Assembly (NCBI GenBank): GCA_038893835.1
Contig: JAWAQR010000004.1
Location: 1 to 62,808, forward strand
Length of the DNA stretch: 62,808 nucleotides
Reading direction: 5' to 3'
DNA from: Archaeoglobaceae archaeon
GTDB lineage: Archaea > Halobacteriota > Archaeoglobi > Archaeoglobales > Archaeoglobaceae
Positions 55,117-62,808 of this stretch are shown piece by piece. The notes beneath the pieces were generated by a model. The model was given only the letters and a program-made list of their open reading frames with translations. It was not told where the DNA came from and did no database searches. Made by a program: the position numbers and the translations under genes. How positions within the stretch are numbered: position 1 is the stretch's first letter; each line of letters opens with the position of its first letter.

Positions 55117-55160
55117 TTTCAACTTTGGAAAGCTTTTTTAAATTTAAGTTTACAAAATTT

Positions 55161-56507
55161 ATGGATCAGAAAAAGATAGTTTTAATCGCTTCAACGGTAG
55201 CCTCTTTTTTCACCCCTTTCATGGCATCCGCTGTTAATGTTGCAGTTCCGATGATTGAAAAGGAGTTCGAACTAAATGCGGTTTTCATAGCATGGATTTC
55301 AACAGCTTTCTTACTCTCAACTGCTATGTTTTTGGTTCCGATGGGAAGGTTAGGCGATGTTAAAGGAAGGAGAAATATTTTTGTTCTTGGCGTATCAATT
55401 TTTGCAATCTCTTCTTTATTTTGCTCTCTCTCAATTTCTGGATTAATGCTTGTCATTTTCAGATTTCTCCAAGGTATAGGCGCGGCGATGATTGCGAGCA
55501 CAGGAATTGCTATGCTAACCTCAGCTTATCCTCCTCAAGAAAGAGGTAAGGTTCTTGGCATCAACACTTCCGCTGTTTACATTGGCCTATCCTCAGGACC
55601 ATTTGTAGGTGGAATAATAACGCAGCACTTTGGCTGGAGAACCCTTTTTATAATCCCTACCATAATAGCACTAATTCCAATATTCTTAGCCTTTAGAGTA
55701 AAGGAGGAAAAGTATGGGGGAGTTTTTGATGTTAAGGGGTCAATCGTGTTTTCATTCTCCTTATTCTCATTGATTTATGGATTCTCAATCCTTCCAGAAT
55801 CTTTTGGCTATCTAATGATCTTCCTGAGTTTTATCTTCTTCATCCTGTTCATTTTAATCGAAAACAGGACATCTCAACCGATTCTGAATGTTTCGATTTT
55901 CAGAAAGAACATAGTTTTTACGATGTCCAATCTCTCTGCACTCCTCAACTATTCCGCAACGTTTGCTGTAACCTTCTTAATAAGCCTATATCTCCAATTC
56001 ATCAAAGGTTTAAGTCCTCAGGATGTGGGAACAATTCTTTTAATTCAACCGGTCGTGATGGCAGCTTTATCTCCAATTTCTGGGTGGCTCTCAGACAGGA
56101 TTGAACCCAGAATAATCGCATCCATTGGAATGGCTTTGACTTCTCTATCGCTCTTTTTGTTTTCAACCCTTGAAATTGGAAGTCCCATAGAGATTGTGGT
56201 AACTTATCTCTTCCTCATAGGCTTCGGTTTTGGTCTATTTTCATCACCAAATACAAATGCAGTAATGAGTTCTGTTGAGAGACAGCTATATGGTTTAGCT
56301 TCAGCAACGTTAGCAACGATGCGAGTGGTCGGACAGGCCTTGAGCATGGGCATCGTCATTGTAATATTTGCGATCATGATTGGAAGTGCGAGAATTGGAG
56401 AAGCTGTCTCGGAGTTCATCGCTGCAATGAAAATGGCTTTCGCAGTTTCCGCAATCCTATGTCTGCTAGGTGTCTTTACTTCCCTAGCCAGAGGAAAAGT
56501 GAGATGA
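55161..56507 (+). CDS. MFS drug-efflux transporter (DHA2/EmrB-like, 14 TM)
   Basis: GRLGDVKGRR motif A, RFLQGIG, ERGKVLG, GPFVGG, GLFSSPN. Confidence 0.92.
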   Translation: MDQKKIVLIASTVASFFTPFMASAVNVAVPMIEKEFELNAVFIAWISTAFLLSTAMFLVPMGRLGDVKGRRNIFVLGVSIFAISSLFCSLSISGLMLVIFRFLQGIGAAMIASTGIAMLTSAYPPQERGKVLGINTSAVYIGLSSGPFVGGIITQHFGWRTLFIIPTIIALIPIFLAFRVKEEKYGGVFDVKGSIVFSFSLFSLIYGFSILPESFGYLMIFLSFIFFILFILIENRTSQPILNVSIFRKNIVFTMSNLSALLNYSATFAVTFLISLYLQFIKGLSPQDVGTILLIQPVVMAALSPISGWLSDRIEPRIIASIGMALTSLSLFLFSTLEIGSPIEIVVTYLFLIGFGFGLFSSPNTNAVMSSVERQLYGLASATLATMRVVGQALSMGIVIVIFAIMIGSARIGEAVSEFIAAMKMAFAVSAILCLLGVFTSLARGKVR

Positions 56508-56509
56508 CT

Positions 56510-56821
56510 GGTGGGCGCGCCTCAGGTCGATTCACCAATTCCGCGAATACGGTTCGATGAGCTTCTCCTCCCCGTAACCCTGAAAGCGCCAAACGTTCGG
56601 GGTGGGCTTGCTCCCTTCCGGGCCTCAGCCGATGCCCCCGATAAATACCACGAACCTTCCCTCCGGAAAGCCCGTGGTAACCGCCGGCCCTTCAGGACGA
56701 GGATTCTACGAAGCCCATCGAACCGTATTTCGCAGACTGGTGAACCTTCCCTCGGCTTCGGCCCCCGCATGTCGACGGTTTCGGGTTACAGGGGACGCCG
56801 AACCCCCCGGCCTAGCCCACC
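56510..56821 (-). ncRNA. ffs: Archaeal SRP (7S) RNA
   Basis: Reverse complement starts GGTGGGCTAGGCCGGGGGG..TGTAACCCG (Alu UGUNR), has helix 6 GGAG loop and helix 8 AGGCCCGGAAGGGAGCA; 5'/3' ends pair (GGTGGGC/GCCCACC); about 312 nt, GC-rich. Confidence 0.96.
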
Positions 56822-56840
56822 AAAAAAATTGGTCAAAATT

Positions 56841-56855
56841 TCTTAATAAACTTTT
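56841..56855 (-). promoter_or_regulatory. BRE/TATA promoter of SRP RNA
   Basis: Minus-strand GAAAAGTTTATTAA about 20-34 nt upstream of the SRP 5' end. Confidence 0.6.
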
Positions 56856-57986
56856 CTATAATCTTTGGTCTAGCGGTATGTATTTTCTCTCCACTTCTCC
56901 CACGTATTTTGCTCTTGGTCTCATCAGTTTGTTCGTTTCATATTGCTCTATTATATGCGCCAGCCATCCAGCTATTCGCCCCATTGCGAATATGTTTACA
57001 AAAAGATCGTCCGGAATTCCTAGATTTGCATAAACGCTTGCCGAATAAAAATCGACATTGGGTAAAAGTTTCTTATACTTATAAGCGTACTCAGCTATTG
57101 CTTCGCTAATTTCAAACCATATAGGATTCCCAGTTTTTGCAAGCTCTCTTGCAAGTTCTCTCAGAATCTCAGCTCTCGGATCCATCACAGTCTTGTAAAT
57201 TCTGTGTCCAAATCCCATCAATTTCTCTCCCTTTTCAAGCTTTCTTCTAACGTATTCTTCAGCTCTCCTTGGTGTGGCAACTTCTCTAAGCATTTTCATA
57301 ACTTCTTGTGCTGCTCCACCGTGAAGTGGACCCATTAGAGTTCCAGTAGCCGCGACTACGCAGGCATACATGTCCGCTAAAGTTGAGGCGGCAATTCTAG
57401 CAGCAAAAGTTGAGGCGTTAAGCTCATGTTCAGCGTGTAGAATTAAATCCACATCTAGGGCTTTTTCAGCAATTCTTGACGGCTCATAGCCGTTCATCAT
57501 ATATAAGAAGTTTGCAGCGTGGCTCAGCTCTAAAGTTGGTGAGATCAAATTCTTTCCGGTCCTTATTCTGTGATAATAGGCTATTATGGTCGGTATCTTT
57601 GCAATCAAATTCTTGGACTTTTCGAGGTTCTCTTCCTTTGTTTTTACATCCTTCAACTTGTCAAGAGAACCAAGATAGCTTATTGCAGTTCTCAAAACAA
57701 CCATGGGATGTGTGTACTGTGGTAGATGGGTTAAAAGACCGATGATCTGAGGAGGCACTTCTCTCCTTTCAGCCAGTTCTATCTTGAAATCCTGAAGTTC
57801 ATACTTCTTTGGCAATTCACCGTAAAGCAAGAGATAGACAACTTCTTCATAACAGGAATGCTTTGCCAGATCTCTAATGTCATAACCTCTATATTCAAGA
57901 ACAGCCTTTCCGTTAACGAGCTCTATTCTTGAGATCTTCGTTTCGCAAGCTATTACATCTCGCAAACCATCTGAAGCTTCTATCAT
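56856..57986 (-). CDS. gltA: Citrate synthase
   Basis: YRGY, HAEHELNAST, GPLHGGA, MGFGHRIYK..DPRA, PNVDFYS. Confidence 0.95.
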   Translation of the reverse strand: MIEASDGLRDVIACETKISRIELVNGKAVLEYRGYDIRDLAKHSCYEEVVYLLLYGELPKKYELQDFKIELAERREVPPQIIGLLTHLPQYTHPMVVLRTAISYLGSLDKLKDVKTKEENLEKSKNLIAKIPTIIAYYHRIRTGKNLISPTLELSHAANFLYMMNGYEPSRIAEKALDVDLILHAEHELNASTFAARIAASTLADMYACVVAATGTLMGPLHGGAAQEVMKMLREVATPRRAEEYVRRKLEKGEKLMGFGHRIYKTVMDPRAEILRELARELAKTGNPIWFEISEAIAEYAYKYKKLLPNVDFYSASVYANLGIPDDLFVNIFAMGRIAGWLAHIIEQYETNKLMRPRAKYVGEVERKYIPLDQRL

Positions 57987-59485
57987 CTTATCCCTCCCAA
58001 AACTTCTAAAATCATTCCGGAAACGACTATTGGTTTCTCAATCCTCAAGATCTCGATTGCATTGTCAAGCTTCCAGTCCTTTTCAGCGTAAATCGTCAAC
58101 AAAGGATCTCCAGTTCTTACAACTTCTCCTCTTTTCTTATGCACATAAACTCCAGCACCTTTATCCTTCGGAGCCCCAGCTGCTCTGGCAATCTTCATTA
58201 TCGCCCTATTACTCACAGCCACCACGACCCCTTCGCTGTTAGACTTAAGAGTATAAGTTTTGTCTCCAACAGGTATATCTTCGGAGCGTATTTTTTCATC
58301 CCCTCCCTGAGCAGCGATTATCTCTTTAAACTTCTCAAGAGTTTTACCGCTCTCGAATATCTTTCTTGCATGACTGTATCCATCGTTCGCAATTCCTGTC
58401 ATTTCAAAAAGAATTCCAGCAAAGCTAAGAGCTTTGTCAACTAATGGATTGTCTACACTTGGATTTTCAAGTATTTTTAACGCTTCTCTCGCCTCAAGTG
58501 CAGGACCAATGGCATTCCCAACAGGTTGCGATCCATCTGTGAGAGTAGCAGTAATCCTGAGACCAAGCTTTCTTCCAAGTTCTACCATTGTATTTGCGAA
58601 ACTCCTTCCAACGTCCATACTTTCTATTTTCATGTATTTTCCAATTGGAATGTCTATTGCCACGAACTGGGAACCATTTGCCAGCTTTTTTGACAGCAGA
58701 CTGGCGATAAGATTTGATTTCGGGCTTATTTCGAGTTGGTATTCTACCATGATTATTCTTTCGTCAGCCGGAGTTACATTCTTCGCCCAAGCTATTACTC
58801 CCCCAACTTTCTCCGTTATCTCCTTTATTTCCTCAACGCTCAAATTCACGTTTGCAAGTACTTCCATAGTATCAGCTGTACCACTTGCAGAAGTTATAGC
58901 TCTGCTGGCAGTCTTTGGAATTAGCAATCCAGAAGCTGCAACAGTTGGAACTGTGATCAACGGAAATCTATTACTTGGCAAGCCGCCAACACTATGAACG
59001 TCCACAACCAAACCTTTTTCAAAAACGATTCTATCTCCCTCTTCAACCATAGCCTCAATCATCCACTGCAGTTCTTCATCAGTTAATCCAATTATTTCAT
59101 TTGCAAGGATAAAAGCTGAGATCTCTAAATCGTTTAAAACATTTTTTGATATGTCTGAGATTATGCTCCTAATTTCACTTTTTGAGTACTTTATACCTTC
59201 AAACTTTTTCCTTATGAATTCTACAGACTTTGGGCGAGAGATGGGGTAAACTTCGGCAAGACAATCATCTCTCAATCCACAAGCTTGAGCTGTATAGCTG
59301 CAGACACCAACTTCTCCCTCTCCTACGATTTCTGCAAAATCTAGCTCTGCAACAAACGATTCCTTCCCTATAGTTATCTTAACCCTATCTCCAGGCATCA
59401 GACCAAGTTCTTCGGCATCTTTGGGATTAAGAATTACATTCAACTTTTCACTCCTCAACGGCAGCACTTTGACTTTTAGTTTCAT
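57983..59485 (-). CDS. AMP phosphorylase family protein (divergent active-site motifs)
   Basis: N-terminal beta-barrel; HSVGG, PKTASRAITSASGTAD, QPVG.AIGPALEA, ARAAGAPKDKGAG. Confidence 0.9.
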   Translation of the reverse strand: MKLKVKVLPLRSEKLNVILNPKDAEELGLMPGDRVKITIGKESFVAELDFAEIVGEGEVGVCSYTAQACGLRDDCLAEVYPISRPKSVEFIRKKFEGIKYSKSEIRSIISDISKNVLNDLEISAFILANEIIGLTDEELQWMIEAMVEEGDRIVFEKGLVVDVHSVGGLPSNRFPLITVPTVAASGLLIPKTASRAITSASGTADTMEVLANVNLSVEEIKEITEKVGGVIAWAKNVTPADERIIMVEYQLEISPKSNLIASLLSKKLANGSQFVAIDIPIGKYMKIESMDVGRSFANTMVELGRKLGLRITATLTDGSQPVGNAIGPALEAREALKILENPSVDNPLVDKALSFAGILFEMTGIANDGYSHARKIFESGKTLEKFKEIIAAQGGDEKIRSEDIPVGDKTYTLKSNSEGVVVAVSNRAIMKIARAAGAPKDKGAGVYVHKKRGEVVRTGDPLLTIYAEKDWKLDNAIEILRIEKPIVVSGMILEVLGGIR

Positions 59486-59610
59486 TGAATTGCAAAATAT
59501 GTAAATGAATATTAATTTTTCTACTCAGAATTTTTGAGGTTTTTAATTTTTTGAAGTTCTTTTAAAAATTTTTTAGGAAAAGGTTGAAATTCTTGGAACA
59601 TACTCCTTCA

Positions 59611-60498
59611 ATGCGGATAGGGGTTCAGCTACCAGATGGTTTAAAGAAAAAGGCTATAGAGATTTGTGAGGAATTGGGCGACGTTATACTTAGCGGTGAA
59701 CACTGCTTCGGAGCCTGTGATATAGATCTCAATTTACTCAACGAGGTTGATGTAATTTTTCATTATGCACATACAAAGCTTTTGGACTTAGAAAGAATCG
59801 TCTACATTCCCTACTTTATCGATTACGATGTCGAAAAAGTTTGTGAAATTTTGCTCAACCTAAGGGAAAGGAATGTTGCCCTAATATCTACTGTTCAGTA
59901 CTGCAAAAGGCTTCCAGAGATAAAGGAGAAACTCGAAAAAAACGGATTTTTAGTGGAGCTGAAAAAGGGAAGAAGAACGGAATTTCTTGGTCAGGTTTTG
60001 GGTTGCGATTACTCAGCTATAAGAGATTCCAAGGCTGAGGCCGTTATTTTCATAGGAGATGGAATTTTTCACGCAAAAGGGGCTGCAGTTTATTCTAAAA
60101 AGAAAGTGTACGCTCTCAACCCAATAACGCTTGAAATTGTTGAAGTGAAGGTTGAAGATTTTATAAGGGAGAGATTTTTCCAGATTTCGAGGTGTGTTGG
60201 GCTTAAAAACCTTGGAATAATTGTTTCATCAAAGCCTGGGCAGAAAAGAATTAAACTGGCTGAGGATATCAGGAAAAAAGCTAAAGAGCGTGGACTGATA
60301 GCAATAATAGTTTATTTCGGAGATATTACTCCAGAAAAGCTCGAGAACTTACCTTTTGATTTCTACGTTAATACAGCCTGTCCAAGAATCAGTTATGATG
60401 ACTATAAGAGGTTTTCAAAGCCAATAATAACACCGCAGGAATTCGAGGTTCTGATTGGTTTGAAGGAGGAAATAGAAATGGATGAATTCAAAGATTGA
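59611..60498 (+). CDS. dph2: Diphthamide biosynthesis enzyme Dph2
   Basis: QLPDGLK, CFGACD, GQVLGC, GDGIFH, KPGQ, TACPR. Confidence 0.95.
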   Translation: MRIGVQLPDGLKKKAIEICEELGDVILSGEHCFGACDIDLNLLNEVDVIFHYAHTKLLDLERIVYIPYFIDYDVEKVCEILLNLRERNVALISTVQYCKRLPEIKEKLEKNGFLVELKKGRRTEFLGQVLGCDYSAIRDSKAEAVIFIGDGIFHAKGAAVYSKKKVYALNPITLEIVEVKVEDFIRERFFQISRCVGLKNLGIIVSSKPGQKRIKLAEDIRKKAKERGLIAIIVYFGDITPEKLENLPFDFYVNTACPRISYDDYKRFSKPIITPQEFEVLIGLKEEIEMDEFKD

Positions 60499-62626
60499 AC
60501 TTTCTTGCAATTCTTTCCGTTATCATTAGGAAAGCTGGGACTACGGTGAAAGCAGTAAGAAGGCTGAAGGAAATGGCTGTAAGAGCTAGAAAGCCAAAAT
60601 CTCTCATCACTGGAAAAGTTGAGGCCATTAGAGATCCGAATCCGCCTATCATTGCTAAGGCTGAAGTTGTAGTTGCCTTTCCTGTCCTCTCAATCGCCTT
60701 CCTTACAGCTTCTATTTCAGAAGTTCTTTTTCTTTCTTCAAGGTATCTCTCGGTTATCATGATAGAGAAATCTATTCCCAAACCAAGAATTATTGAATTC
60801 AAGGCAATCGATACCATTGTCTGCTTTACCCCTGATAGAAACATTATCGCATTCATTATTCCGATTACAGTGGTAATTGCAATTAGTGGAACTATTGCCT
60901 TTCTGATCGATCTATAAATTGCAAGGAGAAGTAGAAGAATGAATAGATAAGCGACTATAGTCATCCTCATCTGACTCTCTATCATTATAGTCCCTAGTTC
61001 CGAGAAAAGAACTGGTTGACCAGTTATGAAAAATTTTCCTTCCCATCCGTAGAAGGAAATGCTTTTTTCAATTAATTCTGTTGTCTTTTTGTATTCCTCA
61101 TAACCGCTTGCAGTGGAGTAGAAATGGATCGCCATAAGGCTACCAGAGATGAATCTGTCCATCTGTTCTTTTGGAACGCTTTCCAAATCTTTATAACTTT
61201 CAAGAAGCGATTTCGGCGATTGGTACGAATATATCAGCGGAACGCTATTGGAAACGTATTTTGCAAGTTCTTCAGCATCGTTTACAATTTTGGAATTGAT
61301 ACCATCTGTTTCAAGGACTACTGTGTATATTGTCTGCCCGCCCACAACAGATTCGAGTTCTTTGAACTTCTGTATAGCTGGCAGGTTTTGGGGGATATAT
61401 TTGTTGTAATTGGTTTCCAATTCTAGCAGTGGTGAAACGTAAAAGCCAAAAGAGCAAATCAGGATTGCAAATACCAAAATGCTTGTTGGCTTTGTAGCTG
61501 TTATATTTGAAATGAAGGACAGACCTTTTTCGAGTTTCGAAACTTCTTCAACCTTTCTTTCCAACTTCCCTTTCTCAATGAGCTTCAAGATCGCTGGTAA
61601 AAATGTCAGGCTAAGAATTAGAGCTATTAGCAGTCCTATGGTTGCAATTATCCCGAACCATGTCATTGCTGGTATTCCAGCTGAGAGCATTGAAAGAAAT
61701 CCCACTGCAGTTGTTGAATAGGCAAGTAAAAGGGCTCTGCCAGTTCTTTCAATCGAAAGTCTTAAAGCAGTATCTACTTCATGCCTTCTTATTTCTTCCT
61801 CGAATCTATTTTGAATCTGCACTGCGTATTCTATTGAAAGACCGATTAGCATTGGCAATGCTCCATTCGTGTGTTCGGACAAAGGTATCCCAAGTAGGGG
61901 CATGAGGCCATAGACTATTGTTACAGCGGAAACGGAAATTAACAGGGGTAGAAAACTAGTTATCTTTCTCCTCACAACCCCGCTGAATGTTAAGACTAGG
62001 AATAGAACCATAAGGATTATTGAAACGATCATGGTGCTTCTGAGACTCTTGAATATTTCGCTTCTTATCTGATACCCAAGTACAGGAGAACCTGTCATCT
62101 CCAAGGTTAAGCCAGAAGGATTTCCAAATTCCTTTAACTTCTTTTCTATATTCCTAGCTATATTTTCCTGCTCTTTACTCTCCACCGGAGTTATGCTTAC
62201 CATCAAAATGGCAAGACTCGGCTTTGGTAAGAGATCCTTGAAATAAGTCTCGCTAAGGTAAATCAGCATCATCTCATCGCTTGGAATAAAACCAAAAGTC
62301 TCCTTCAAAATCGAGGCAGGAGAGATGACTTTTTCAACACCCTCAATTTTCTCTAGCTCCTCACCGAGTTTAAGCATGAATTCGAAGTTTTGATAGCTCA
62401 CAACGTCTTCGCCCTTGATGAATATAAATATTGCTCCTGTTGTTCGCTGAAAGTTCTTTTCATAAATCTTAAAGTTCTGATATACTTTGTTATCTTTAGA
62501 AAAGAAATTTTCGATCCCTGAAGTTGTTTCCACGTTCATCGCTGAAATAATTGATAAAATTATAATAATTACTGTAGAGATTAAAATGATTCCTGGTCTT
62601 TTAATGACTATTTCTTCAACCCTCAT
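60488..62626 (-). CDS. RND/MMPL (HAE3) family exporter
   Basis: Two internal repeats; GLSIEY, GLGIDF, TG.A...S.TT..GF, FG. Confidence 0.9.
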   Translation of the reverse strand: MRVEEIVIKRPGIILISTVIIIILSIISAMNVETTSGIENFFSKDNKVYQNFKIYEKNFQRTTGAIFIFIKGEDVVSYQNFEFMLKLGEELEKIEGVEKVISPASILKETFGFIPSDEMMLIYLSETYFKDLLPKPSLAILMVSITPVESKEQENIARNIEKKLKEFGNPSGLTLEMTGSPVLGYQIRSEIFKSLRSTMIVSIILMVLFLVLTFSGVVRRKITSFLPLLISVSAVTIVYGLMPLLGIPLSEHTNGALPMLIGLSIEYAVQIQNRFEEEIRRHEVDTALRLSIERTGRALLLAYSTTAVGFLSMLSAGIPAMTWFGIIATIGLLIALILSLTFLPAILKLIEKGKLERKVEEVSKLEKGLSFISNITATKPTSILVFAILICSFGFYVSPLLELETNYNKYIPQNLPAIQKFKELESVVGGQTIYTVVLETDGINSKIVNDAEELAKYVSNSVPLIYSYQSPKSLLESYKDLESVPKEQMDRFISGSLMAIHFYSTASGYEEYKKTTELIEKSISFYGWEGKFFITGQPVLFSELGTIMIESQMRMTIVAYLFILLLLLAIYRSIRKAIVPLIAITTVIGIMNAIMFLSGVKQTMVSIALNSIILGLGIDFSIMITERYLEERKRTSEIEAVRKAIERTGKATTTSALAMIGGFGSLMASTFPVMRDFGFLALTAISFSLLTAFTVVPAFLMITERIARKFNL

Positions 62627-62808
62627 TTCAACTTTCTCTTAACATAATAAGCGATTGCAGCAATCGCAGCAACTATCAGGATTAGATATAACAAGTAGTT
62701 CAATGGAGGTGCTTTAACACTTATTATTGCTTTTTCTGGCTTGCTTATAACCCATTCTCCATTTTCTGTCCTGTATTTAACTTCGAGGTTTAAGGCGTAT
62801 AGCTTTGG
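62623..62808 (-). CDS. C-terminus of a COG1361/S-layer-like exported protein (partial)
   Basis: PKLYALNLEVKYRTENGEWVISKPEKAIISVKAPP + TM + KRKLK*; ATGA overlap with the RND gene. Confidence 0.7.
   Translation of the reverse strand, partial: PKLYALNLEVKYRTENGEWVISKPEKAIISVKAPPLNYLLYLILIVAAIAAIAYYVKRKLK

Noticed and set aside
56511-57033. ORFs 56511-56846, 56522-56770 and 56602-57033
   Set aside because: They are stop-poor frames over the GC-rich SRP RNA and antisense to citrate synthase.

Overview
62.8 kb of a compact, AT-rich archaeal chromosome. The gene content points to Archaeoglobi (inference): SepRS, PolD small subunit DP1, Rpp21, eIF5A, S17e, Dph2, AMP phosphorylase, archaeal SRP RNA, intron-less tRNAs without encoded CCA, and BRE/TATA promoters with frequent ATGA overlaps. 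The window is mostly housekeeping: about 68 CDS, 3 tRNAs (Lys-CTT, Ile2-CAT, Ala-GGC) and the 7S SRP RNA. I see no CRISPR array, transposase, integrase or rRNA. The most notable unexplained signals are: (i) a 127-bp imperfect palindrome with a central tandem repeat (12-bp period) between two convergent tRNA genes; (ii) a promoter-bearing, GC-rich K-turn-like hairpin with two mutually exclusive pairings upstream of an MFS exporter; (iii) a Zn-ribbon microprotein plus an atypical kinase-fold protein, divergent from a radical SAM gene; (iv) a tandem two-domain thymidylate synthase with one catalytically dead half; (v) an AMP phosphorylase with degenerate active-site motifs; (vi) an NrfD-NrfC-tetraheme cytochrome module coupled to TrmJ-archease-DUF763-pyrH; and several short gene remnants. 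All calls come from motif recognition by eye; no searches were run.
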